A DNA stretch of 64,000 nucleotides from the NCBI GenBank assembly GCA_036785375.1, contig JAWMAR010000061.1, positions 8,866,001-8,930,000 on the forward strand, in the 5' to 3' direction. The notes below the pieces were generated by a model. That model ran no database searches and was not told the DNA's origin. It saw nothing but the letters and a program-made list of their open reading frames with translations. Every line of letters begins with the position of its first letter. The stretch's first letter is position 1. This DNA comes from Leucoraja ocellata (taxonomy: Eukaryota). A program made the position numbers and the translations under genes. This document shows positions 12,601-27,600 of this stretch, piece by piece.

Positions 12601-15600
12601 ATACACTGTGTCTGCACTCCACAAGCCACTCACACCATTCACTGTGTCTGCGCTCCACAAGCCACTCACACCATTCACTGTGTCTGCACTCCACAAGCCA
12701 CTCACACCATTCACTGTGTCTGCACTCCACAAGCCACTCACACCATTCACTGTGTCTGCACTCCCCAAGCCACTCACACCATTCACTGTGTCTGCACTCC
12801 ACAAGCCACTCACACCATTCACTGTGTCTGCACTCCCCAAGCCACTCACACCATTCACTGTGTCTGCACTCCCCAAGCCACTCACACCATTCACTGTGTC
12901 TGCACTCCCCAAACCACTCACACCATTCACTCTGTCTGCGCTCCACAAGCTACTCACACCATTCACTCTGTCTGCGCTCCCCAAGCCACTCACACCATTC
13001 ACTGTGTCTGCACTCCCCAAGCCACTCACACCATTCACTCTGTCTGCACTGCCCAAGCCACTCACACCATTCACTCTGTCTGCACTCCCCAAGCCACTCA
13101 CACACCATTCACTGTGTCTGCACTCCCCAAGCCACTCACACCATACACTCTGTCTGCGCTCCACAAGCTACTCACACACCACACACCGATTCCCACCCCA
13201 CCATGCCACACATCTCAGTGTGGTGCTGAACACTGAGCCACACAACTAGAGTCTCACGCCTCGCTTCCCTCCGGGTTCTGGAGCAGCGGAGTGTGGGCGA
13301 GAGACCCCGAGTCCTGAGTCTGATGCAACCCACACCAACCTAGTCCTTACCTGGATAAATAACAAGAGGCTCCTCGGTTTTGATCTGAATATTGAGGGAT
13401 CTGGCCCTGACTTTGAAGATGTGGCTGGGTGTGTGGTTAATCCCATCAGACACCTGAAAGTGGAACCCTCCAGACGATGTTGACCCTGTGAGACACGGGG
13501 GGGAGGGGGGGGGGGGGGGGGGGGGGAGGGGGAAGCAATTTAGAATTAGAATATGCTATTTACTTGCACAAGTTTCCTGTTTCAATGTCCACTTGTGGTA
13601 CCACATAGTCATAAAGTCATAGAGCTGTACAGCACGGAAACAGGCCCTTCAGCCCACCTTGTGCATGGCGTCCGGGTTGGCATACTAGCAGAGTCCAATT
13701 TGGCTGCATTTGGCCCATATCTCTGTATACCCTTCCTATCCAGATATCTGTTCCAACACCAGCGAGACCAGCCAGCCTATCACAACCCTTAATTGTATAC
13801 ACTTTGATAGTTTCCTCTGGCAGTTCATTCCAAATACAAACTACCATCTATGTAAAAAGTCCCTCTTAAATCTCTCCCCTCTCACCTAGAGGGTCTGAGC
13901 TACATGGAGCGGTTGATTAGACTGGGTCTATATTCCTTGGAGTGCAGGAGGGTGAGGGGAGATCTTATAGAGGTGTATAAAATCATGAGAGGAATAGATC
14001 GGGTAGATGCACAGAATCTCTTGCCCAGAGAAGGAGAATCGAGGTTCAAGGTGAAGGGGAAAAGAGTTAATTGGAATCTGAGGGTAACATTTTCACACAA
14101 AGGGTGGTGGGTGTATGGAACAAGCTGCCAGAGCAGTTAGTTGAGGTGGGATTATCCCAACGTTTAAGAAACAGTTAGACGGGGTACATGGATAGGACAG
14201 GTTTGGAGGGATATGGACAAACAGGGATATGGACAGGTGGGACTAGTGTAGCTGGGACATGTTGACCGGTGTGGGCAAGTTGGACCAAAGTCATGTATCA
14301 CTCTATGACTCTATGACTAGGTCACTGTCTCAAAATAAGTTTAACTATTCAGGATAGAAATTTCTCATCCCAGATGGTGGTGAATGTGATTCTCAACCCA
14401 AGATCTTTGTCTGAAGTAGAGCTTGATCCAAAAATATCAAATCTGGAAATTAAGTTATTATTTATTAATATTAACAGGACAGTTAATAATGTTTCTTCGT
14501 CCATATTGACAAGAATCCAGGAAAAGGCAATGTAAAGAAGATACCTTGTATCATCTCAGTCTGGAGAAGGGTCTGGATTCGAAACGTCACCCATTCCTTC
14601 TCTCCAGAGATGTTGCCTGTCCCACTGAGTTACTCCAGCATTTTGTGTCTATCTTTGGTTTAAACCAGGATCTGCAGTTCCTTCCTACACTTTGTATCCT
14701 AACCTGATTTGACACTCTGCTTGCCAACCCTCCCTGCCCAGCACCCCTCTCTGTGCCATCACTGCCAGCCTTAGGGATGGGGGTAGACAGTTGTGGCCTT
14801 ACCGTGGTGCACGAAGATGACCTGCCCGGCATTGATCGCAGCCTGGCTAAACTGCAGGATGCTGCCATCCAGCGATGACTTCAGTGCCACGTGTCCATTG
14901 GATGGAGGACTGACAGAATACACCAGCTCATCCGCAGGGCTATCGAGGTCCTGAGTGTACAGCAAATCCCGGGAAATCTCAGCCTCGCTGCTTTCCCACA
15001 TCTAGGAACAGGAGCAGAAGACAGTTAAATTATTTAACCCCAGCCCCTCAACCCCCAGTCTAGACATCAACACCACAGTCATCTTGCTCCCGGCTTGTTT
15101 AATTACCCCACTACAGCCGGCTGTACCATCTGCCCTAATGCTGATGTGTGTCTTAGTATCCAGCCCTGGGAACAGGCCGGGGATCAGAGCCTCCTGTGTT
15201 GCACAGCTGCTCAGGATCAACCTCAGCCAAGACTCATCCAGACCTTCTTAGCAAAAGCACGTGGATGACTATCATACTCTTATCCCTTCCACGAGGATGT
15301 CAGATAATGAGAGAAGAGGAGTGAAATGTAAAGCTTAAGCAATGGATGTGGGTGGACAGAGGCAGGTGGGGAAAGAGCAGGGGGGAAATGAAAATGGGGG
15401 GTTTTGGGATGGAGGTGAATGTACAAAGAAAGGGAAAGGAGCAGCGACTGGGGAGATAATGAGGGAGATGCGTTGGGACCAGGGTGGTCTGGACTGGTAT
15501 CGGAATGCGTGAGGAGGTGGGGGATTACTTGAAATTGGAGAATTCAATGTTCACACCGTTGGGTTATAAGCTAACAAAGTGGAATATGAAGTGATTTTCC

Positions 15601-18600
15601 TCCAGTTTGCGTGTGACTTCATTCTGGCAACGGAGGAGGCCCAGGTTAAAACAAGGAATTACAGATGCTGGAATCTTGAGCAAAAAAAACAAAACTCAGG
15701 GGGTCAGGCTGTGTAGAAACATAGAAATTAGGTGCAGGAGTAGGCCATTCGGCCCTTCGAGCCTGCACCACCATTCAATATGATCATGGCTGTAACTCCA
15801 GCGTTGTGGATTTTGTTTAGAAAGGTGGGTATGGGACAGGGAAGGGAAGGTGATATTGTTGGCAACTGAGAGATCCAGCAGCCCTTGGTGGATAGTTCAT
15901 GTTAATAAGTGATAGGAGTAGAATTAGGCCATTTGGCCCATCGTTTACTCTGCCATTCAATCGTGGCTGATCTATCTCTCCCTCCTAACCCCACTGTCGA
16001 CACTAGAGCATAAGTGTTTAGTCACTTAGTCTAATAAAGAGAGTGCAGTGAGAGCAATGGTTACAGCTTTGTGTAAGGATCAGAGGCAATGGGAAATCTT
16101 TTCCTTCCCCACCACTCTGATGGGGTCTCAGTCAACAGAAGTCAAGAGCTGTCCATTATCAGATGCGTCAAAATAATATCCATCATTAACATACCGAGAC
16201 CACTCATAGATCGGACTTCAAATGTAGGAATCTATTCAGACTGCAGGCCCATTAGTCTACAGTCATTAAACAGGTTCCTCATAATAATGTCCAGAGTAAA
16301 CATCAGTTGAGTTAGATCATTAAAACAAGGAGCTCACAATTTGTGGCTCAACAATTTTTGTGTGTTACACGAAGGAATGTAATCTTTTAAAGCACTCAAG
16401 AATTTCCAGGCCCAATGGAGTATAAATAGACTGCATGGATAATTTCTGTATAATTTCTGTTTAAATAAATAATTTTTCTGTACATATTATGTGTTATGTA
16501 CAGAAGTATTAATGGACAAAGTATACTGTCAGAATATTAAGTGGTTGAAGCTGCTTTGGAATATTAACCATCTCCCATCAGTGTATTAGATAACGTATAT
16601 ATTTTTGTAGTATTAGATGACATTATCTCCTCGGTATATTAATAGCATCAATTCCCAGATGAACAATGATTAATAGCGATTTACGGACTGTTCCCAGGGA
16701 CACATTCAGAGACTGACATCGAGTGCTGCTGGAGGGTCATCAACTCGGTCAAAGACGCTCTTTGGTCTGCCCGAGCGTCGCTCACCACCCAGCAGAGCGA
16801 GATGTCCGTCAGGGAATGTTGCCGACTGGCCCGCTGCAGACTGCAGGAGTACGTGCTAAGGGACTCGCTGAAGCTTGGTGTAGCCAACGCCAAGGCTCGG
16901 TGGGGGAGGGCCACAGTCTAGGGTCCTTCCGCTGCTGGACATAGGGGGCACGGTATGGTGGAGACGCCCCTCAAATTAAGGGAAGGTATCCCACGCCATG
17001 GGGCCACATGAGTGGCACGGGTGGGGGACATTATTTGTGGAAATGAAAAATGTCAAATGGAATTTTCGCACTGTGTAAACATTGTATATATTTATTACTT
17101 GGACAGGGGCCACAGAGTGGCACGGGTGGGGGACTGTTTGGTGAAATTTGACAAATGTAAAAAAATTGTACTGAAAAAACTTGTATAGTCTCCGAAAATG
17201 TCAGATGAATTTTGTTTGTTTGAATGGTTCAGGAATTGTATATATTTATCAATGAATAAAGTCTATTTTGAAATTAAAAAAAAAAAAACAATGATTAATA
17301 GCATTCTTTTCGAGTCAAAATCATACAATATGGAAACAGGCCAATTAACCTATTAGGATAATGAGTACAGAGGTTGGGACTCCATGTTATACAGTAGCTG
17401 TATAGGACATTGGGAAAGGCACTACTGTGTAGAGTCTGGTTGGTTGGCCATGTACAGGAAGGATGTCATTAAAGTGGAAAGAATGCCAAAAATATTCAAT
17501 TTGGATGTCCAGGTCTGGAGGATTTGATAGGCTGTGTCTTTTTCTTCTGGAACATAGGTGGTTGAGGGAGACTTTATAGAGGTATTCAAAATCAGGAGAG
17601 GCGTAGCTAAGGTGAGCAGCCACATGTTTTCCCTAAGGTAGGAATGTCTAAAACTAGAGAGCGTAAGTTTAAGGTGAGAAGGGAAACATTTAAAACAGAC
17701 CCAAGAGGCAACTCTTTCACAAAAAGGGTGCAGGGTTTATGAAATGAGCTGCCAGAGGAAGTGGTAGAGGCAGATGTAATTACAACATTTAACGATCTGT
17801 GGTAGGCTATGTGGTTCCCTCATTGGTTTCATGGGTCACCTCAGAACCCACAAAGCCAGTGAGGAAGGAAGTTCCTCATTCTCAAGCAACAGAACAGATC
17901 AGCCATGTAGGAAGGAACTGCAGATGTTGGTTTGAACTGAAGATATACACAAAAAGCTAGAGTAACTCAGTGAGTCAGACAGCATCTCTGGAGAGAAGGA
18001 ATAGGTGACATATCGGGTGGTGACCCTTCTCTGTCATTCCCTCTTCACAGTCTTCTTTCTACACATTTGCTCCCATTCAGACTACAAGAACTGATCTGGA
18101 GTCAATAGATTTTGGAACACACTCTTTCTCAGGAATCCACTGCTGTGAGCTTTGAAGGTCAATATGTGGACAAAGAAGAATGAGAAATGGAAACACAAAA
18201 GGATCTAAGGACATTGCAGGCTCTGCAACAACAGCAAGCATTTCTATAGCAACTCTGATAAAGCATTAAAGGAGCAGTTGTATCACACTGCAGGAGGAGT
18301 AACAGGAAGCTTTGTAACAAAGGCAGGTGTAGATGGGAGGGTGGCTGGAGAGGCAGAAATGGCAGGGTGTTGAATTACTGACCCATGCAAATGAGAGCAG
18401 GGTTGGCATTAGTGGAGATTACAATGGGTTTGTAAACCTGGAGAAAATATCACTCTCCTCTCCCCTGCTGGTCACAGCTCTGCCTCCTGCTGGTCACAGC
18501 TCTGCCCCCTGCTGGTCACAGCTCTGCCCCCTGCTGGTCACAGCACTGCTCCTGCTGCTTAACCCCCCCACCCCCCCCTGTACTGGTCACAACTCTACCC

Positions 18601-21600
18601 CTGCTGGTCACTCCCCCTCTCCCCTGCTGGTCACAGCTCTCCCTCTGCTGGTCACAGCTCTGCCCCCTGCTGGTCACAGCTCTGCCCCCTGCTGGTCACA
18701 GCTCTGCCCCCTGCTGGTCACAGCTCTGCCCCCTGCTGGTCACAGCTCTGCCCCCTGCTGGTCACAGCTCTCCCTCTGCTGGTCACAGCTCTGCCCCCTG
18801 CTGGTCACAGCTCTGCCCCCTGCTGGTCACAGCTCTGCCCCCTGCTGGTCACAGCTCTGCCCCCTGCTAGTCACAGCTCTGCCCCCTGCTGGTCACAGCT
18901 CTGTCCCTGTTGTTCCTGGGAGTAGCTAAGATGGGGCAACATCGGCATGGACATGTTAGGCCAGAGGGCCTATTTCCATGCTGTATAACTCAACACTGTA
19001 AGAGGAGCAGGAGTCCAAACCTGCAGTTTAATAGCTGTGGCTGATCCCATCTGCTCCCTGTGCCAGTTCCCCATTGCTCCCTGTGCCAGTTCCCCATTGC
19101 TCCCTGTGTCCCATCTGCTCCCTGTGTCCCATCTGCTCCCTGTGCCAGTTCCCCATCTGCTCCCTGTGTCCCATCTGCTCCCTGTGCCAGTTCCCCATCT
19201 GCTCCCTGTGTCCCATCTGCTCCCTGTGCCAGTTCCCCATTGCTCCCTGTGTCCCATCTGCTCCCTGTGCCCCATCTGCTCCCTGTGCCCCATCTGCTCC
19301 CTGTGCCCCATCTGCTCCCTGTGCCCCATCTGCTCCCTGTGCCCCATCTGCTCCCTGTGCCCCATCTGCTCCCTGTGCCCCATCTGCTCCCTGTGCCAGT
19401 TCCCCATCTGCTCCCTGTGCCCCATCTGCTCCCTGTGCCAGTTCCCCATCTGCTCCCTGTGCCCCATCTGCTCCCTGTGCCAGTTCCCCATCTGCTCCCT
19501 GTGCCAGTTCCCCATCTGCTCCATGTGCCAGTTCCCCATCTGCTCCCTGTGCCAGTTCCCCATCTACTCCCTGTGCCAGTTCCCCATCTGCTCCCTGTGC
19601 CAGTTCCCCATCTGCTCCCTGTGCCAGTTCCCCATCTGCTCCCTGTGCCAGTTCCCCATCTGCTCCATGTGCCAGTTCCCCATCTGCTCCCTGTGCCAGT
19701 TCCCCATTGCTCCCAATTCCATAATCATTCACAAATTACTATGCAGCCTCTTCCAGCTCACAGTTATCGTTGTCAATACTGTCCCCTGGTGGCCATCTCA
19801 AACACTGGCACTCTGCAACTACAACTATACTTGTTACTTCCTGTAAATTGCTTTTGCTAGTTTAATAAGCCCAAAGTTTGCAATAAATCTTACAAGCTCA
19901 TGGTTTTGAACTGGGCAATGAACTTGTACACACATTCATGTTTCTTCAGATAGAATTATCAAAATGAATGGACAGACTTTTTTGTCTCACTCGTAGATAC
20001 AAAGTGCTGGAGTAACTCAGCGTGACAGGCAGCATCTCATGAGAGAAGAAATTATGACGTTTCGGGTCAAGACCCATCTTCACCAGTCAGGTGGAAGTTT
20101 ACAGAATTACAGAGTAGTTGCAGCCTCAAGAATCTATAACTTGCAAAGGAAGGATAGATCATTTTTCAGCTGTGCCATCACACCCAACTGCGGGATGAGG
20201 AATGGGTGGCGTTTTGAGTCGAGACCCTTCTTCAGACTAAGGAAGGGTCTTGACCCGAAATATCATCCATTCCTTCTCTCCAGGGATGCTGCCTGTTCCG
20301 CTGAGTTACTCCAGCATTTTGTGTCTATCTTTGATTTAATCCAGCATCTGCAGTTCTTACGCACACACATCTGGATGAGGGACTGGTCGGCCTGTCTGGG
20401 CCTTCCTAGCCCCATATTGCAGTCTGCCAGCCCCTTCCCCTCAGCCTCTGCCCGCAGATCCATCGCACACAGCTACCCTCTGAATGTGGTCACTGGTCTG
20501 CCACCTCTGCTGCCCCAGCCATCCCACATCCCGAGAGGATTTCCTTCCTATCACTGTCAGTGATCATCACCTTCATTCCCCATCCCCAGTCTCCTGCCCA
20601 CTCTTTCTACCTCCACTACATATATTCTTTGAGATTCTAAATCCCTCTATCAGATACCCTTGCCCCTAACTCTACTCCAAGAACAAACCCTCAACCTCTA
20701 CAGTCTCATTGCAAATATAAACTCCTCGTTCTGGAACGAATGTGGTAAATCTTTGTGCTCTCTCTGAAAAGCTGACATATTTTCTGAAGTGGACACAGCA
20801 CTGCACTGGTGGCCCAGCCAGTGTGTGAGCGAGCAAGTGACAGGGATGGAGTAACTGGCCGAGGAAAATAAAGTTTAATATCTTTTAAATAACATTGCCC
20901 TTTAACTAATTGTCACAATGTCCACTAACAGAGTTGAAAATCATCCATCTCTTCCTGCTAAACGTGAGGATGTGTCAGGTTTCCAGCAGAGTTTTTGATG
21001 AATTTGTTTGCACACCCAGACAGCAGCATCACTGTGTGAGCAGAGATCATGTTAATAATGCACTTACCTTCAGTCCGGTATTAATGGTGACAACAGGACG
21101 TTGGTCGTTCACTGGGATCACTGTTACATACACTGCCATTGGTTCACTCAGTCTGCCAATCTCTGAGGCATTTACAATTACAGTGAAGTTGTCCATCAAT
21201 GTTTCACTGTCGTCATGAAAATAAAACACTGCACCTTCTGTGACCTGAAAATAAGCAGGAAACAAGCATTCAAGAGGGGATTGTGAAAACAGTAAGCAAA
21301 TGTTCAACAGATACTACAAAACTAATAGTACTAGAATCACTCAGGTATCAAGGTCAAGCAACATCTGTGGACAATGAAATAGTGACGTTGCAGGTTTGAG
21401 ATCCTTCATCAGAATCTAGTTAATTTTCAGTAGCAGAGACGGTGGAGGAGGGCTGGGTAGAACAAAGGGAATATGTCTGATGGGGTGAGACCTGAGAGGT
21501 TAATGTGGCTGGAGACAGACCTGTCGGAACTCAACAGGTCAGGCAGCATCAGTCTGAAGAGGCACTTTGTGTTTTGGTTGAGTTAATGTAGTGGTTAGAA

Positions 21601-24600
21601 CACGGTTCGGCCTCTTTGCCTGTGTTACGTGTTGCTAATAGCAGGGCTGTGGGGCATGCCCAGCAACCACACTATACTAACAGAGGGAAAATCTGACCCA
21701 AAATGATGACAGGCAGGAATGGCCAGTTCTGAAAGAGACAGAAAGAAAGAAGCAGTTACCTGGATTTGGAGAATTTGATCTTGAATCAGACGTCTGCAGT
21801 GTGTGCTCAGATGGAAAATTAGGTGCTGTCCGTCAAGTTTATTTTGGGCTTTGTTGGGCTTGAGGTCACAGAGTTAGATCAGAGTGGGAGCGAGATAGGT
21901 AATTGAAGTGTCAGGCAACTGGAAACTGAGGGTGTTGTTAGAACATTACTCAGATCATCAACACAAATAGAAAAGAAATATCTGCATCGACATTATGCGT
22001 TCCCAAAACAGAAAAGGCACTGGCGAGTCCACCAGGACCACATTTGAGGACATCCTCATCCATTGGAACCTTACCTCCTTCATGGTGAATGATGAAAGAC
22101 TGTCTTCAGGAAATTGTTGGTTTGCGATCCTGCCGTGCTCCGGGCCCTTCAGAATGTAACATTTGAAATTCAAGGAATTGGCGTAGTTGGAAATGTTGAG
22201 GTCGTCTTCACTGAGGGCCCGTGCATCTCCTTCTCTCACTGAGATGTTCTGGGTTTCCAAAGAAATTCTATCAGGAATGATATCTACCACAACTGTGAGT
22301 CCATCCACTGACTTAAATCCATTGGACAGGTCCAGTATGAAAGCATCAGCCTGAGGGCTGAATCGAAGGTTAACATACTGAACATTGCCTGCATTTATGT
22401 CTTCCTGGGAAAATGACCTGAGGGGTTTCCGCCATGCACTTGACCCACTGTCAGAGCTCATTGCCAATTGCCCATAGACAGGAGGCACTCTCACAGAGTA
22501 GATCAAATCCGATGGAAGACTGTCATCATGAGAGACCTGTCGAAGCAATCACAACACACAGACTTGTTAACATTTATGATTGCTTAATAATTCACTGAGC
22601 AACAGGCAACCTTGTTCAGCTGATCACACAACTGTACAACTTTACACATCCCAAACACCCCATCTCACAACTCTTCTAAATAATACATTTTTGTTTCAGC
22701 GTGAGAGAAATATCCCACCAGAGTTCATATTGGCTTCCAACAAACCGTCTTATGGGGCTTAAAAGCCATGGTCATATAGTCATAGAGCTGCACAGTACAG
22801 AAACAGGACCTTTGAGCCATCTTGTCCCACTGGGCTCGTCCATTTACCTGCATTTATCCCATGGTCTTCAAAACCCTTCCAGAGGAAGCTACAGAAGGGG
22901 AAACAAAACCAACAGACATTTGGACATATGATATGGTTTTTAAACCTACCATCCATTAGCCCCATTCAGCATCTCCTGTCTGAGCTGTGGAATAGCCTGC
23001 CAATCCTCACTGGCCTGATCTGGAGTGGAGGGAACTCATCCTCAATATGTAGGGAGTGTCTAAGAGAATTATTTTTTTGCTTGGATCTCATTGGATCAGC
23101 TTGGCTTCCAGCTAATTTACAAATCTCCCCTTCACAGCGTGGAGTGAGTGACTTCACACATGGCTATCTGCTGAGATTCAAAAGTCATAAGGTCACAAGT
23201 GATAGGAGCAGATTTAGGCCATTTGGCCCATCAAGTCTACTCCACCATTCAATCATGGCTGATCTATCTCTCCCTCCTAACCCCATTCTCCTGCCTTCTC
23301 CCCATAATCTCTGACACCCGTACTAATCAAGAATCTATCCACCTCTGCCTTAAAAATATCCATTGACTTGACCTCCACAGCCTTCTGTGGCAATGAATTC
23401 CACAGATTCATCACCATCTGACTGAATACTTACTCCTAATCTTCCTAAAAGAACATCCTTTAATTCTGAGGCCATGGCCTATGGTCCTAGACTTTCCCAC
23501 TGGTGGAAACATCCTCTCCACATTCACTCTACCCAGGCTTTTCACTATTCGGTAAGTTTCAATAAGGTACCCCCTCATCCTTCTAAACTCCAGCGAGTAC
23601 AGGCCCAGTGCCATCAAACGCTCATCATATATTAACCCACTCATTCCTGGGAGCATAACTCAGATCGGAGGCAGGAAGAGTGAACCTTGGCGAAAGAGCA
23701 CACTTTAATCGCTGGTTGGAACTAACTGTGTGGAAAATGCAGCTCGGGAATCATTATAAGCAGTTCAATCTTGAAGTAACTTGAAACTCACGTGATGGAC
23801 TGGGGCCCAGAGCACATTCTTCCATCTGTTTCTCCTGAGTACCACTTTAATAGAAGCTGCAGCCCCAGCTAACGCAGCTGTCGAACCACTGCACTGTACA
23901 ATATCAAACATTACTGCTTCTATATCTGAACACTAATGTCACCCCTCAGGAATTCACTCATGGGACCTCCTACTTAAAAAAAGTTATAGAGTACTTGATC
24001 AACAAACACTCTGCTGCCTCTTCCAGTATCTCAGTCTCCCCCGCTCCCAAATACCACATTCTGTCTGAAGCTATTCTCAGTATTGCCTCCCTCACCTCTC
24101 TGGAGACAATGTTTTATGTGGTCTCCACACAGTGTAGACATTGAATCCAAACTGTTTGCCCGTCTTTCCTCTGTTGTCACAGTCCCTGTGCTGAATCCAG
24201 ATGCCTGCTCCAGCATTTATCCCCCTCATACCTTTCCGTCTCAGAGCAGCCGAGTAAAGGCCCCACATTCAGAAACACAGTTACTGAGGTAACAAGGGAT
24301 CTGCTCTCTGACAAGACCAGCGTTGACCTAATTCACTTCGAATCACCATAAGATTTAACACCAGTGACTGATAGCAATCGATCTCTATTAATTATTCTAT
24401 AACTGGTCTACACTTTACCAAAGGAAATTACCGTGACCCAAAGGTTTGGAAACATTAATCCAAAGTCAACCATTCCTTTCAGCTGGTTAAACCCCTCTCA
24501 AACTTCTCAAGTACAGCATTCTGAAATATGACTTTCCTAAAGATACCTATTTAAGTTGATGGAATCAGCGCTGTCTGCTTCCACTATTCACCAGGAATGC

Positions 24601-27600
24601 ATCCCATAGGCTGACTACTCAATGAACATGTGTCCACAGATCACTTCATTTTATCCCCTTCACACGTCCTTGAGGCTGTGCACAAGGTGAACAATTCCTC
24701 ACAGTCTACATAGTATGGCCGCTTTGGAATTTTACTCTGTCGGTTGTGTTAATTGTTACATGTACCGATGTACAAAGCTTTTGTTGCGTGCTAGCGAGTC
24801 ACTGCATATACATAGGAATAGAGATTTAAGTGCGGAGTGGTTGCAATATGTGATTGTAGATCTGCTTCTGTGGCTAGCACGCAAATAATCGCCTGGGTTG
24901 GGCGCCATCTTAACTCTCAACCTTTCCTTCTCCAGCGAGATCATGCTGAGTTTGCAGAATTGCTTCTCATCATTCAATTGCTCCACCCCTCAGTTCTCTT
25001 CTTGTTATTACCGTTATCTTGTCAGCAACTGCACAACCCTTACTTTATGAACTATGCCTGCTGGAGCTGTACACAGCGTAGACACACAGTGTAATACAAG
25101 GTGAAAGATCACCTTCACGATAATAATGACCTTTTAACACATCTCAACATCGCAATTTCTTGACTGTATACAGAGCAAGGCTGCCAATCAGAAGCTAATT
25201 CTCTCTCCGTTTCATAGCGTCCAGTCGCCATGGTTTTCTCTCTCCACACCCGAGGGCATGACCTATTTCTCAGCAGCAGATTTCCCCGTCACCTGTTCCC
25301 AGATGTTGATGTTTCTTATTCTGTTCATCTTTGTATCAGCCCCCCCCCCTCCGCCACTAAGTGATGCAGCTCTGCCTGACATCTAGGTCCAGCATGCTGT
25401 AAAGATGCTAAGCAACACCAATTGTTCCCATGTTGTTTATTTCCAGGGGAAATTGTTTAAAGCTCATCCTGAATTATAAACACTTCACATTCATTACTCC
25501 ATCACATCCACAAAGTAAGATTGTGATTTGCTTGGAATTCACAATCTCAGTACATGTGTCAATAATAAACTAATACTAAGAACAATGTCATTGACAAGAT
25601 CACAATGAAGTAAAACTGAAAGCAGAACATGCAGGTAAACAACAGACCATTCTTTCCTGCGTTAAATTCAGATTGTTAGCAACTGCAGTTTTTTTTGTTG
25701 TTCAATCACCACAATCTCTAGTTTATGACTATTTATTCTCCGGATTCTCAAATGATTTTATGAATAAGAGTTTCTGTAAGTTTTGCACGACAAATGTCAA
25801 ACTTGCTAGAGTTTGCAGGTAATCTTTGCCACTATTTAACTACAGGAGTAACATCTGTCCTCCCTATGTCCCCAGTCACCTCCCTGTGTTCAGTACTTGT
25901 GCCAGCATTCCTGTTATTCTCAACCTCAAATCCGTAAGGATCCTTGGATTAAAGATTCAGCTCGGTTTATCTGCTTGGGTCTGCACAGCTGTTCAGCAGC
26001 CCTGCTGGCAGTGATAGAGGTAGGAAGTGGAAACTTCAGAGTGAGTGAACTCTGTTGGTCAACTGTATTAGTGAGGTGTGTCGGTTCATGAACAGTTTTA
26101 GTTCTTAGGGTTAAAGGAATCAAGGGATATGGGGATAAAACAAGAATGGGGTACTGATTTTAGATGATCAGCCATGATCATATTGAATGGCGGTGCGGGC
26201 TCGAAGGGCCGAATAGCCTATTCCGGCACCTATTTTTTAAATGTTTCTATGTTTTGATTAATGAAATGTTAATGAACAATGCTGGTTAATGAACTATTAT
26301 TTAGTGAACTGTGTTACTTAGTCAACATGTTAACTTGACGTACCATCAATCTCACCTCCCCTCCCCTCCCCTCATGCTTCTCTCACTCACTACTGAGAGC
26401 TCAATCCTGACGGCATCTCTCAGACAGTGGGTGAGGTACAAGAGGGTGTGCTGGGATCAATCTGCTGTAAAATCTACAGCCATCAAAGAGCTGAGCTTCT
26501 GGCCCCACAGCATCCAATAAAATATTAGAGCTAAATAATAAACATAGAACGTATGTGCATCATGGGACAAGCCCTTCTGCCCACAACATACATTGCTGAG
26601 CATGATGCTGAATCCTCTAATGCATGTGATCCATATCCCTCCGTTCCCTGCACATCTCCTTTAAACTTTGTCCCACTCACCTTGAACCTATGCCCTCTAC
26701 TCTTTAAAATTTCCACACCGGGAAAAAGTTGCTGACTGTCTACTCCATCTGTGCTTGACATAATTTGTTTTTATCAGCTCTCCACTCAGCCACCAGTAGC
26801 AGAGAAACCAATCCACATTTTAACAACCTCTCTTTATAGCTAATCCCTACCAATCCAGGCAACATTCCAATAAACAAAGCATTAAATGCTGGAATAAGCA
26901 GATCAGGAGCACCTCTGGAGAACATGGATAGGTGACATTTCAGGTCAGGGACCCTTCGGACTACTGTCTTCAGTTCACTCCAGACTACTTCAGCTGCTCC
27001 AGCATTTTGTGCTTTTATTTGTAAACCAGCATCTGCAGTTCTTTTGTTCTGGTAAACCTGTTCTACCCCTTTCCAAACCGTCCACATCCTTCCTGTAATA
27101 GGGGTCAAGAACTGCACACAATACTCCAACCAAACTCCTAAAAAAGCTGTTCTCATGACTTCCTGACTAAAACCATGTTTACTATACACCTTCTTTACCA
27201 CCCTATCAGCTTGTGTTGCCACTATCAGAAAAGCTGTGGGATTGGACTCCAAGATCCCGCTGTACACCCGCTGGGTCTTTGCTGGGTCTTTCCATTAACT
27301 TTATACCTTTGCCTTACATTCAACCTCCCAAAGTACACCACCTCACACTTGCTCAGATTAAACTCCTTCTGCCATTTTTCTGGCCATTCCAGTGGTTGGT
27401 CTCTATCCCACTGTTTATTTTGTTAGCTCTCGTCACAGTCTGCAACTCCGCCAATTTTGGTCTTGTCTTAGGAAGCTGATGATTTTACCGGGATGATTGC
27501 CTGCATCATGCTTAAATAAGAGGCGATAAAACCATGAAAGTAATTCCAGATTTTACAGTGAGCAAACCAGAGAGCTGCACAACAATTTCACCTCATTAAT

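Noticed and set aside
12381-13249. His/Cys-rich ORFs resembling zinc-finger or metal-binding proteins
   Set aside because: Translations of a 36-bp minisatellite open in several frames on both strands; only 12170-12342 is exon.
18333-19860. Cys/Pro-rich ORFs resembling keratin-associated proteins
   Set aside because: Minisatellite translations in multiple frames.
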